A stretch of 32,000 nt of DNA from Candidatus Baldrarchaeum yapensis (lineage in GTDB: Archaea > Asgardarchaeota > Baldrarchaeia > Baldrarchaeales > Baldrarchaeaceae). Location of the stretch: positions 32,179 to 64,178 of the forward strand of contig JAEOSH010000001.1 of NCBI GenBank assembly GCA_016840465.1, in the 5' to 3' direction. Shown here piece after piece: positions 1 to 8,737 of the stretch. How positions within the stretch are numbered: position 1 is the stretch's first letter; each line of letters starts with the position of its first letter. The notes under the pieces are model-generated. The model did no database searches, was not told the DNA's origin, and saw only the letters and a list, made by a program, of their open reading frames with translations. The position numbers and the translations under genes were made by a program.

Positions 1-894
1 TTCAATCTCCCCTAGTTTTTCCCTCCTCAGCAATTCCTGTTCGGTCTTAACAAAGTACTCATCAACCGCCTCATTAAATGATCCGAAACGTTTCTTCTCT
101 TTACCCTCAAACAATTTTAGCTCTAAAGGCTCAAAGCCTACGGGGCTCCCATCTTCAAGTATTATGTGAGGCGAAATTTCGCCATTTCTGACCGAATTTA
201 TCAAAGTTTTTAGACATTCAACGACCTCAATAATGTTTTTAATGGTAACTGCATCTACGGGAGCCTCTTTCGGAATATTGCACCTAAGAAGGGCTTCTTC
301 GATTAAATGAGGATCCACATTAATCGTTGAAATGAATGCACGCACAATATCCTTTTTTCTGGATTCCCTGAGACGGACGTAGAGTTCCTCCGAGGTCACG
401 GAAAAGATGTCAAGTCCTCGGGAGGGCGGTGGGACGAATTTTTCTCCCACAATAACGTTTCTATCTTTCATCCTCTTATATCGATATGCAACTCTTATCT
501 TTTCATCGGGTCCCACCAGAATCACGTTGCCCTCCCTAAACAGTTCTATTACCAGCGTGTAATCTTCTTGTGCCTTTGTGCTAAATCTTAACAACACTAT
601 TCTATCAAAGTCGTGCTGAAGTATCTCTGTTAGGCGACTCCCTCGTAGATACTTTCGTAATGCCATGCAGAAGGGAGGAGGATGGCATGGTTTTTCTCTA
701 ATATAGGATGTTAAGTGGATGCGTCTGCCTGGTTCTACGAGAAGGTTATAAACGGATTCTTTTCTAAGCTTAAAGAGGAAGAGCGGGGTTGGCGCTGTCA
801 ATTGGTAAATATTATCAACCCAAGCCATCTTTATTGTTTGGTTGAGTTCATATACGATCGCGGCAACATCGAGAGCCGAGAATGTCCCCTTCAT
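1..894 (-). CDS. rqcH: RqcH/NEMF-type (NFACT-N, fibronectin-binding-like) ribosome quality control protein, N-terminal part; 3' end off the left edge
   Basis: Not listed in the ORF track. Hand translation from ATG at 894-892 gives MKGTFSALDVAAIVYELNQTIKMAWVDNIYQLTAPTPLFLFKLRKESVYNLLVEPGRRIHLTSYIREKPCHPPPFCMALRKYLRGSRLTEILQHDFDRIVLLRF..., matching the typical NFACT-N pattern (SALDi..., ..G.RIH.T....K...PPpF.M.LRKyL.G.R...i.Q..fDRi). Open to base 1. Confidence 0.9.
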   Translation of the reverse strand, partial: MKGTFSALDVAAIVYELNQTIKMAWVDNIYQLTAPTPLFLFKLRKESVYNLLVEPGRRIHLTSYIREKPCHPPPFCMALRKYLRGSRLTEILQHDFDRIVLLRFSTKAQEDYTLVIELFREGNVILVGPDEKIRVAYRYKRMKDRNVIVGEKFVPPPSRGLDIFSVTSEELYVRLRESRKKDIVRAFISTINVDPHLIEEALLRCNIPKEAPVDAVTIKNIIEVVECLKTLINSVRNGEISPHIILEDGSPVGFEPLELKLFEGKEKKRFGSFNEAVDEYFVKTEQELLRREKLGEIE

Positions 895-908
895 GGCGAA
901 TCCCGGTG

Positions 909-1403
909 ATGCTCATGACGCCTGAGGATAAAATATTTTGGATCAAAGTAATATTTGCGTTTCTAGCGGCAGGGCTTTGCCTGCTCCTACCCCTTTCAGC
1001 AACATGGGCAGGCTTTTTCCTCGGAATATTAGTGTACATGGCATCTTACTGTGTTTCACAGTTAATTGTTGAGGAAGAGATTCCTGTGGAGGAAAGAATA
1101 CTGGAAAAAATAGGTAAAATTCTGAAATCGGAAGTACCGTCTGAGATAAAGAACATCGTCTTTAAGAGTTCCAAGAGCGGAAGACTCAGTAAAGACCATG
1201 TGGAATTGCTAAAAAGGAAACTTACTGAATTGGGGGTAGATCAGAAGCGTTCAGAAAAAATAATTGCGATTATGAAGAGTGTTGAGGAGAAGATTTCCGA
1301 AGAGAAAAGAGGATCTCCTTTAACCACGGGCATACTTACGTACTTTACCCTATGGCTTACTATATGGTTTTTAATATTCACACTGATGCACTTCCCGCCA
1401 TAG
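909..1403 (+). CDS. Archaeal small membrane protein, possibly EMC6/Rab5-interacting-like
   Basis: ORF 882..1403. Two N-terminal hydrophobic segments (FWIKVIFAFLAAGLCLLLP, WAGFFLGILVYMASYCVSQLIV), charged linker, C-terminal TM with TTGILTYFTLWLTIWFLIFTL. Start at 909 or 915 is likelier than 882, which overlaps the rqcH start. Confidence 0.6.
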   Translation: MLMTPEDKIFWIKVIFAFLAAGLCLLLPLSATWAGFFLGILVYMASYCVSQLIVEEEIPVEERILEKIGKILKSEVPSEIKNIVFKSSKSGRLSKDHVELLKRKLTELGVDQKRSEKIIAIMKSVEEKISEEKRGSPLTTGILTYFTLWLTIWFLIFTLMHFPP

Positions 1404-1413
1404 TTTCTCAATG

Positions 1414-1818
1414 TTAAGAAGTTTGTGCCATTTTTCTTAATTTTTCCGCCTCTTCCTCATCGCCCAACATACTTGCACACCTTGCGGCGCTTGTCAAGCA
1501 CTGCTTTCTTTTGGTGTCGTCCCTAAGAAGTTTGAAATACTCCGCAGCCTTAAGGAAAAGTTCTTTGGCTTTTTGATAATTCTTCGTGGCATTATACAGT
1601 TTTGCGGCATTCATATATGAGTTGGCTGAATATTCATAGTCATAGACTTTAATGAAATGCTTTGCAGCACGTTCATATATCTCGGCTGCCTTTTCGAACT
1701 CCTTTCTGGATGCGTATGCCTTTGCTGCAAGAAATTCCTGGTATGCAGCTCTTCCAAAATCCTCCTCTTCAAGTAATTTTTGGGCCTCTCTCAATAATTG
1801 CTCCGGATCTTCACTCAT
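1414..1818 (-). CDS. TPR-repeat protein (SNAP/TPR-like)
   Basis: Repeated helical TPR-like units: AYQEFLAAKAYASRKEFEKAAEIYERAAKHF..., SANSYMNAAKLYNATKNYQKAKELFLKAAEYF. Confidence 0.75.
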   Translation of the reverse strand: MSEDPEQLLREAQKLLEEEDFGRAAYQEFLAAKAYASRKEFEKAAEIYERAAKHFIKVYDYEYSANSYMNAAKLYNATKNYQKAKELFLKAAEYFKLLRDDTKRKQCLTSAARCASMLGDEEEAEKLRKMAQTS

Positions 1819-1820
1819 CC

Positions 1821-2603
1821 TTACCGCCCCTTTCTTAGTTTCTCCTTACCCGCTTCTCTTATGGCAGTAACCATTTTCCTAACCTTCTCGGTGACTTCTT
1901 TCATATCCTTTAGATGTTCTATTGCGGTTCCGACCTGTATACCATCCGCACCCGCGAGAACTATCTCTTTAGCCTGCTCGGCAGTTCTCACGCCGCCAGC
2001 ATAAAAGTAAGGTACGGTTAGTACAGATTTTATTGCCTTTATCAGGAAAGGTGGTGCTGGGGAGGGGGCGCCTGATCCGCTATCTGTGATGACTATATGT
2101 GCACCTAGGAATTCTCCTGCAAGTGCGCATGCGCATGCAATTTCTGGATCGTCCCTAGGGACCAAATTTGCGTCACCCACCCAGCCAGCTGCCCCACCGG
2201 GTTCTAAGAGAATATATGCGACGGGAATAGGCTCGAGGCCGAACTTTTTGACAAGAGGCGCGCCGAGAATTTGCGCCTTTGTGATGAAATATGGATCCCT
2301 ACTATTCATAAGAATCATGAAATAAATTGCATCGGCGTACCTCGTTATTGTTCCCACATTTCCCGGAAATAGTATCACTGGGAGATTCGAGTTCTCCTTT
2401 ATTGCCTTTACGGTGAGATCCAGAAGTTCTCCCTGTGCACCTATGGATCCGCCGACGAGTATCGCGTCAGTGCCACCTTCACTTGCAGCTAAGGCTATCT
2501 TTCCCGCTTCCTCCGGTTTTTGTTCAAATGGATCTATTAAACTGAGATGAACTGCCCCATAGGTCTCTATTCTCTCCTTAAGGTACTCTTCTACCTTTCC
2601 CAT
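1821..2603 (-). CDS. Geranylgeranylglyceryl phosphate synthase
   Basis: HLSLIDPFEQKP, GGTDAILVGGSIG, LFPGNVG, YILLEPGGAAGWVGDA, PYFYAGGVRTAEQAKEIVLAGADGIQVGTAIE are PcrB/GGGPS family signatures. Confidence 0.95.
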   Translation of the reverse strand: MGKVEEYLKERIETYGAVHLSLIDPFEQKPEEAGKIALAASEGGTDAILVGGSIGAQGELLDLTVKAIKENSNLPVILFPGNVGTITRYADAIYFMILMNSRDPYFITKAQILGAPLVKKFGLEPIPVAYILLEPGGAAGWVGDANLVPRDDPEIACACALAGEFLGAHIVITDSGSGAPSPAPPFLIKAIKSVLTVPYFYAGGVRTAEQAKEIVLAGADGIQVGTAIEHLKDMKEVTEKVRKMVTAIREAGKEKLRKGR

Positions 2604-2784
2604 TAATAGTCCCTCATTTTCCCAGTTCGATTTAGTTATGTTTTTCTGGTCTCATCTTTAAATTTATCATTCCATCGGTTGGAGATTTTCCTCGGCGCTC
2701 ATGTAAGGAAAAACCCCAGTCAAAAACCCTTTAAATGTTTCTTACGTACTCTAAGGTAGCAGTGATGCTTGGGTGTAAAGAGAG

Positions 2785-3105
2785 ATGTGCGAGTTTTCGG
2801 TAGTTGTGAGGGAAGGAAGTTCCGAGAAGGAGGTAGCACGAGACATCATCTATGCAAGAATGTGCGATAGAGGTCTTACGTTGAGAAGTTTCCTTGATGA
2901 AAAAACCGCCAATTCGGCGGTGATTTTTGAGGTAGATGTGACTAAGGAGAGAATGGTGTTGATACGTGCGCCGTTCATTGAGCATTTTCTAAAGCTTTTG
3001 CTGATGTATGAAAGTTATAGAAGGGGCGAGAGGGACGCTGACGCTGTTAAGAAGATGTTGGATGAATTTTATAGAGAGGTAAAGAAATATTTGGATTCCA
3101 CATAA
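2785..3105 (+). CDS. CooT-like small protein (nickel-binding accessory / predicted RNA-binding family)
   Basis: Starts MCEFSVVVREGSSEKEVARDIIYARM...LTLRSFLDEK...VIFEVDVTKERMVLIRAP, resembling the MCEa.V....g....v..dv......g..i.l....g......g.i.evd....ki.l pattern of CooT. Confidence 0.6.
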   Translation: MCEFSVVVREGSSEKEVARDIIYARMCDRGLTLRSFLDEKTANSAVIFEVDVTKERMVLIRAPFIEHFLKLLLMYESYRRGERDADAVKKMLDEFYREVKKYLDST

Positions 3106-3124
3106 AAGATGATGTTCTAAACAT

Positions 3125-3400
3125 ATGGAGGAGGTATTCTTGGTTAAGGCGTACGTGATGATAAACACGAGGCCGGGAAAAGAGACAGAAATAATTAAAG
3201 AAATCTCTAAAATGCCAGAGGTATCAGAAGTTCATAGGGTATTTGGTCCCTTCGATATAGTAGTTGAAATAAAGAGTAGTAGCATGGAGGCGATCGTTGA
3301 TTTGATATTTGAGAAAATACGGAAAATAGACGGGATCGAGAAAACGATTACCGCCATTACCGCCGAATATGAAATAGATGTGCATGATATGCCGATATGA
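3125..3400 (+). CDS. Stand-alone Lrp/AsnC ligand-binding (RAM) domain protein
   Basis: VKAYVMINTRPGKETEIIKEISKMPEVSEVHRVFGPFDIVVEIKSSSMEAIVDLIFEKIRKIDGIEKTITAIT; about 91 aa, no HTH. Confidence 0.85.
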   Translation: MEEVFLVKAYVMINTRPGKETEIIKEISKMPEVSEVHRVFGPFDIVVEIKSSSMEAIVDLIFEKIRKIDGIEKTITAITAEYEIDVHDMPI

Positions 3401-3402
3401 CT

Positions 3403-4437
3403 TCAGAGAATTGCAAAATGTTCCCTTCCCGACAATTCTCTCGACCCTATTACAACTCGATAGTAAGGAACTCCTCTTTCAGGCATAACTCTTTCTAATT
3501 TTCCATAAACTCTAATACGCTCGTTGACTTCGAGTATTCCGGCAAATACTCCTTCAAACGATACTAATTCTCTTATTGGTTCTACTACGGGGCCCCTTAT
3601 TACAGTTACCTCACTGATTCCGTAAACTGCGGGATTAAACATCGATTCTGAAGTGTCCGATATCGACGCTTCTATCTCTATGGGACCCATCGGAATTATG
3701 CTCTTTTTCCCGTATTTCTCCGTTATTTCACTGTCTTTCTTTACCGGATGCACTGAAAATCTCGTACCTTCAAAAATTCCTAGATTCCATTTCCGCCTGA
3801 GAATTTCACGTGCAACCTCTAAAGGGATGCCGAAAAACTTCGATTTTTCGATACACCACCTCTCCTCGTAAAACTTCCTGATAGTCCTTTTCTTTTCAAG
3901 TTCGAGGATTACCTCCTTGAGAAGCAGGGACTCTTTCCTCCCATAAATTACTAGATCTATATCCGAGATTCGAGGATTATGAATCCCGAGCAGAATAGAT
4001 CCCGTGACTCCGAAGCGACTCTCATCTATTCCGCTTTCTTTGCTTAACAGTTTAACTAATCTCACTAATTTTTCTTGCAAAGGATCTCTAGACTTCAGCC
4101 CTATTATCCTGCTCAACTCTCTCTCCGGAAGGTACCAATTCTCGATACGGGAATGAGGTACCGCTGAAAATGTTATCCTGTTATAAGGGCAATAGTAAAT
4201 ATATTCCGGATAATTCTGTTTAAGAAATTCAAATGTTGCACAGACATCACGCGCGGAATAGAACGAAATTTTTCTCTCGTAACATGACCTGCTGTCACAC
4301 CACAGTCCATCAGATGCTGGTACATATTTTAAATACGCAAATACCCTATCCGGCGGGTGCTCGTACCCAACTATGCAAAATATGAAATTTTCGACCGTCC
4401 TTATGTAGTCCCTATCTTTAAACGGTCTTTTACACAC
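3403..4437 (-). CDS. Predicted archaeal nucleotidyltransferase (COG1665-like), paralog 2
   Basis: Central NTase signature GVTGSILLGIHNPRISDIDLVIYG (GS...DxD), N-terminal HPPDRVFAYLKY domain; aligns end to end with the adjacent ORF. Confidence 0.75.
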   Translation of the reverse strand: MCKRPFKDRDYIRTVENFIFCIVGYEHPPDRVFAYLKYVPASDGLWCDSRSCYERKISFYSARDVCATFEFLKQNYPEYIYYCPYNRITFSAVPHSRIENWYLPERELSRIIGLKSRDPLQEKLVRLVKLLSKESGIDESRFGVTGSILLGIHNPRISDIDLVIYGRKESLLLKEVILELEKKRTIRKFYEERWCIEKSKFFGIPLEVAREILRRKWNLGIFEGTRFSVHPVKKDSEITEKYGKKSIIPMGPIEIEASISDTSESMFNPAVYGISEVTVIRGPVVEPIRELVSFEGVFAGILEVNERIRVYGKLERVMPERGVPYYRVVIGSRELSGREHFAIL

Positions 4438-4441
4438 AGGC

Positions 4442-5473
4442 TTACCTCCTTATCAGAAAATCGTCCCTGCTATTTCCTAGAATTATCCGATAGTAAGAAG
4501 TTTTATTTTTAACATCAGTAACACGCTCCACATCTCCTCTAACAATAATTATGTCGTTATCATTAGCGAGTTCTGTAAACCTTCCCCTGAATGACACTAC
4601 TTCTTTTATCGCGTCGAGGCCAGCACCGTCTAATACACTGAGAACTTTAACGAGATATCTACACGGCGTGAAAATGGAATCGGAAGCATCTATGACTTTT
4701 GCTTTGACCGTTATACGACCGACCTTCCTATAAATTCTGTCACCATATGTCTCGTTGATCTCTGATGGTTCTTTAACGAACCTTACAAAGAAGTCGACTC
4801 CCTTAAAGACTCCTTGGGAAACCTTCCGGCTTTCCATTAGAAGGAAATCCTCGAAACTTACGTTCATTGCTTGTTTTTTAAATTCGTATAGATCTTTAAG
4901 CTCTGTTAATGTATATCTCCTTAAGTCTTTCTCGGATTCAAGCAATTGGTGTAATGCTTCATACGCTTTTCTGCATTCTTTTTCTCCGTAAATTACGAGA
5001 TCTAAATCCGAATCTTCGGTTTCTAGCCCGACTAAAATGGATCCAGATATCCCAATACTAGATATCGGTATATTCGCCTCCTTAGATATAATTTTGGCTA
5101 GATCAATTGCATATTCCTTTAGTTTTCCGATCTCTTGCGATCCCGCCCTCTTAGATAATAGTTTCCTCAGCTGTTGCCTAGGTTCATAGACAATATTTAT
5201 TCTGTCATGAGGTACGGCTTGCAGTTCCATTCCAAAAACATAATCAAAGTAGACATAGGCGGGATAATTGCTACGGAGGAAGTCATATCTCTCCTTTAAA
5301 TCATACAACTTGGAATATCTTCGTCCGTCGGATCTTAAACGGTTTCCTCTTTCATTCAGGTAGTATCGAACAAAAGCAATCACTCTATCGGGTGGATGCA
5401 CGAGCCCTTTAACGTCAAATATTAAACCTTCCACAGTTTCCACGAATGCTCCTTCAATGATCGATGTTTTCAA
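4442..5473 (-). CDS. Predicted archaeal nucleotidyltransferase (COG1665-like), paralog 1
   Basis: GISGSILVGLETEDSDLDLVIYG, GLVHPPDRVIAFVRYYLNERG...VPHDRINIVYEPRQQL; tandem paralog of the 3403..4437 ORF. Confidence 0.75.
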   Translation of the reverse strand: MKTSIIEGAFVETVEGLIFDVKGLVHPPDRVIAFVRYYLNERGNRLRSDGRRYSKLYDLKERYDFLRSNYPAYVYFDYVFGMELQAVPHDRINIVYEPRQQLRKLLSKRAGSQEIGKLKEYAIDLAKIISKEANIPISSIGISGSILVGLETEDSDLDLVIYGEKECRKAYEALHQLLESEKDLRRYTLTELKDLYEFKKQAMNVSFEDFLLMESRKVSQGVFKGVDFFVRFVKEPSEINETYGDRIYRKVGRITVKAKVIDASDSIFTPCRYLVKVLSVLDGAGLDAIKEVVSFRGRFTELANDNDIIIVRGDVERVTDVKNKTSYYRIILGNSRDDFLIRR

Positions 5474-6410
5474 GATTCTTTACCTCTCTTCGTAATTCGC
5501 CAACTTTACTTGTTCGCTTTGCCACAACATCAAAGTTATGGATGCTTTCGTAACTTCTTACTATGACTCTTATCCTTGAGTCTTCCGGCAACCAGTCAAA
5601 TTCTTTGATTATATGTAGGAGGACTGAGCGGGCACAATCCTCCACAAACATGGGGTTTAAGTGTCCCAACCGGATGATTACCTCTTCATCGTTTCTCTTC
5701 AGGACGTCCTCTATCTGTGAACTCACGGATTCGTCTATTATTCGCAATAGGTCTCTCCAGTCTATATTTTTCCCATTATATCGGCGATCTATCTCAACAG
5801 ATACCTTTGCACGCTGATTATGCGATGCTATTGGTATTATGTTCAATATCTTTTCTAATGTCTCCTCACTTAGCCCGATCTCATCGATACGCTTTTTTAA
5901 AAGATTTTTCACGAATTTCTTCACTTGTAATTGCCCGCATGGACATACCAGTAGTCCATAGGTGCTTATTCCCGTCAGAACCTTAGGATCTCCCTTTCTA
6001 GTGTTCAATACCCTCGACCATATACGTATAGGACGCATCATTGAGCCCTGTGTGATCTTTGATCTGTACGGAATCACCGTTATGCCTCTGATGCGCACTT
6101 CAGCTACCGATGCGTACTCGTGATATCGCAACAGCAAATTTGTTGCCTCCAAACAGAACTCCTCGACTGACGTGTAGGGTTTGAAGGTCGCGCGTTCGAC
6201 TATTTCCTCTATTGCGTCGGCGCTTCTAGACATGTGAATACCGCGCATGCTCGGGGGCATATCTATGAAAGCGTCTATTTTCACGGAGATCACAGAGACC
6301 TCTTTGCCATGCAATATCTTAAGTTGCCGAAACATTCCATAAACTCCAACTTTATCCAGTCTTAGCGGTATTTTTGGAAGTTCCGCCTGTACATCAACAT
6401 CATTCGTCAT
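5454..6410 (-). CDS. mptA: GTP cyclohydrolase MptA (FolE2 family)
   Basis: DVQAELPKIPLRLDKVGVYG...VISVKIDAFIDMPPSMRGIHMSR...PYTSVEEFC...GLLVCPCGQLQVKKF; MTNDVDVQ start (6410) preferred over 6455. Confidence 0.93.
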   Translation of the reverse strand: MTNDVDVQAELPKIPLRLDKVGVYGMFRQLKILHGKEVSVISVKIDAFIDMPPSMRGIHMSRSADAIEEIVERATFKPYTSVEEFCLEATNLLLRYHEYASVAEVRIRGITVIPYRSKITQGSMMRPIRIWSRVLNTRKGDPKVLTGISTYGLLVCPCGQLQVKKFVKNLLKKRIDEIGLSEETLEKILNIIPIASHNQRAKVSVEIDRRYNGKNIDWRDLLRIIDESVSSQIEDVLKRNDEEVIIRLGHLNPMFVEDCARSVLLHIIKEFDWLPEDSRIRVIVRSYESIHNFDVVAKRTSKVGELRREVKNLENIDH

Positions 6411-8004
6411 TCTTGTCACCGAATACATCCACGTCTTGTACGTAACTCTTTCCAAGCTTTAAGCATATTTCTGCCTTCTCAAGTTCTCTGCCCAAGTAAA
6501 GAGCGTGAGAAACCGTACCAACTAGCCCCTTACTTAATATTGCAGCAGATAATTTTACAGCACTATTGCCAGAAAAAATACAAGAAATTTCACCATTAGG
6601 TCGATAATGGGCAACGTATATTGAATTTTCGCGATGATTTACCCATATCCTAAAGTATCCGCACTTATCACGTTCAACTTTTCCAGGTAATTTTATTTCG
6701 TTCGTATTTATCACCTTCGCTTCGTGCTTCTTAAACACTTCCTCATATTTTGGATCCCTTTTACTCTTTGCCAGTAATAATGTTAGCCCCACATCCTTCG
6801 GCGGCATTTTATTCATCTTGGCTATGAATGCCATTTTAACAGCTTTCAATAACTCACGTACGGAGTATCTGCTCTTAACACTCTCTTCGGATGTCAATAT
6901 AACCCCCGCTCCTAGTTCCACCGCAATTGACGCTAAAAGAGCGTTTACGCCAGTGGTATCCACATCCATAAGATCTGTAACGTTCCTTGCACCTAATAAC
7001 AAGGGTGTGTCACCATCAAATTTTCTGAAGACTATTGCTCTATGCAGGGAATTTACTATCCCTGGAAAGACTGGTGGATATATTATGGGATCCGCGAGTA
7101 TTTTTCGAAAGCCCTTCTTACGGGCGTCATTTATGAGATTTATTAGGGTCTTCACCACCTGTTCAGCATTCATCACGTATTCGACCTGCTTCTGACCTAT
7201 CGATGGAACTATCACTATTCCCACATCTTCTGGAAGAGAATTCAGAAGATGCGAATTCTCTAAGCCTATACTTAACACCATGTCGATACCGGCATCGACC
7301 GCCGCTTCTATGTCCTCGTCAAAAACACTATCAACACTTAGTACTAGGTTTCTTCCGATTTCGCTACGAAGTCCCTTTACTACCTCCATTATCTTCTCAG
7401 GATGTGGCGCGGAAGGACTTCCGCCTAAGTCGATAATGTGTGCACCGCTCTTAATATAGTATTTTACTAGCGAAAGTATTTCTCCCAACGGGCGTTCTAC
7501 GACATTATCCACTTCTGCTAAAATCTTCGGCATGCAATCAGTTCCTACTTTCAAACGTCTTCCCGATCTACCAATCATGAAGTTCCTAAGATTATCTATT
7601 TCGACCTCTCGTTCCTTGTTATCGATTTCCCCCAGATATTTCTTCAGAATAGAAGTTTTTAGTAGTAGATCGGCTGGTTCTATAGGTGATAGGTTTATTT
7701 TTCCCCTTAGAAGGTATGAAACCACAAATGGTATGTCGGAGGCGTACCTCGGACCCTTGACTATAGTTACTCCTAACTCCTTTCCAATTTCGGATAAATC
7801 TCCGCGTACCATCCCGGATACCATAATTAGGTCGTATTCTTTCAAATCTCCCCGTCGTTTGAGATGTTTCTTCAGGAAGTGTGGTGTCATGAGTGCGGCG
7901 ACATCTATGGGCAATACTTCGACATCCGCACTAACCGGAAGTTTTTTAGAAATTTCTTCTAGAAGCTTAGCCGCCAATCTACCCGTTACCAGAAGAATTT
8001 TCAT
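6400..8004 (-). CDS. Dihydropteroate synthase-related protein of the archaeal MJ0107 type (methanopterin biosynthesis)
   Basis: C-terminal DHPS-like region: YYIKSGAHIIDLGGSPSAPHPEKIMEVVKGLRSEIGRNLVLSVDSVFDEDIEAAVDAGIDMVLSIG... plus the archaeal N-terminal extension. Confidence 0.9.
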   Translation of the reverse strand: MKILLVTGRLAAKLLEEISKKLPVSADVEVLPIDVAALMTPHFLKKHLKRRGDLKEYDLIMVSGMVRGDLSEIGKELGVTIVKGPRYASDIPFVVSYLLRGKINLSPIEPADLLLKTSILKKYLGEIDNKEREVEIDNLRNFMIGRSGRRLKVGTDCMPKILAEVDNVVERPLGEILSLVKYYIKSGAHIIDLGGSPSAPHPEKIMEVVKGLRSEIGRNLVLSVDSVFDEDIEAAVDAGIDMVLSIGLENSHLLNSLPEDVGIVIVPSIGQKQVEYVMNAEQVVKTLINLINDARKKGFRKILADPIIYPPVFPGIVNSLHRAIVFRKFDGDTPLLLGARNVTDLMDVDTTGVNALLASIAVELGAGVILTSEESVKSRYSVRELLKAVKMAFIAKMNKMPPKDVGLTLLLAKSKRDPKYEEVFKKHEAKVINTNEIKLPGKVERDKCGYFRIWVNHRENSIYVAHYRPNGEISCIFSGNSAVKLSAAILSKGLVGTVSHALYLGRELEKAEICLKLGKSYVQDVDVFGDKNDE

Positions 8005-8014
8005 TTATTATCCC

Positions 8015-8737
8015 CTATAAACTCTTTAAGATCTCCAATATTCTACTCGGAGATTCCAAAACCGTTATTCCCTCCATTCTGGATAACTTCCTCAGGTTTC
8101 TGATTTCCACATCTCTAACCTTTGTCTTCACTTTCATGCCAAATGATAGAGCCCCGTATTTACAGAGATTAACACAAATTTTACAACCTATGCAACGTTG
8201 TAAGTCCACGGTGATCTTTCCCTCCACTACTTTTAACGCAACGGTAGGACAATTCTTAAGTGGAGGGCAATCTTCACATCCCCTGCAAATGTCCCTATTG
8301 GCGATAAGGGGTAATGTTGCATCTACGTATCTGCCTCCTATGTCGGTGGGCAAAATGTACACGGGAGTGTCTGCTTTTATTGCCTGAGAAACAGCTGCCG
8401 TGATCAACGTATCCGAGATTCCGTGAACTATTTTTGCAATAGTATTGGAGGTGGCAGGAGCAACTATAAGTGCATTATACATTCTTAAAGAAAATCGTCC
8501 TATCTTAGGGAAACTACTCCCCTGCTCGCTTTCCCTTATTATTTCCGAATAGTAAGACCCATCCGATACCTCACTGAGGCGGTTCCATATTCCGTACATT
8601 CGCGCTACTTCCTCTCCCGCCTTTGATATGAAAATTGTCACCTTTATTGGCAAATTTTTTACTGCCCATCTGAAAACCTCAAAAGTTTCCAGTAGGAACT
8701 GCCCGCCACCAGTTATGCCCCACGCAACTCTCTTCAC
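8015..8737 (-). CDS. Archaeoflavoprotein with ferredoxin domain, dihydromethanopterin reductase (acceptor) DmrX-like
   Basis: MKRVAWGITGGGQFLLETFEVF...ALIVAPATSNTIAKIVHGISDTLITAAVSQA (flavoprotein fold) followed by DICRGCEDCPPLKNCP and CIGCKICVNLCKYGAL. Confidence 0.85.
   Translation of the reverse strand: MKRVAWGITGGGQFLLETFEVFRWAVKNLPIKVTIFISKAGEEVARMYGIWNRLSEVSDGSYYSEIIRESEQGSSFPKIGRFSLRMYNALIVAPATSNTIAKIVHGISDTLITAAVSQAIKADTPVYILPTDIGGRYVDATLPLIANRDICRGCEDCPPLKNCPTVALKVVEGKITVDLQRCIGCKICVNLCKYGALSFGMKVKTKVRDVEIRNLRKLSRMEGITVLESPSRILEILKSL

Noticed and set aside
715-909. Track ORF 715..909 +
   Set aside because: Lies antisense to the well-supported rqcH N-terminus; composition is not protein-family-like.
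2731-2985. Track ORF 2731..2985 -
   Set aside because: Antisense to the CooT-like gene; no recognisable domain.
7532-8020. Antisense ORF 162 aa over the DHPS-like gene
   Set aside because: Shadow ORF opposite a conserved coding sequence.
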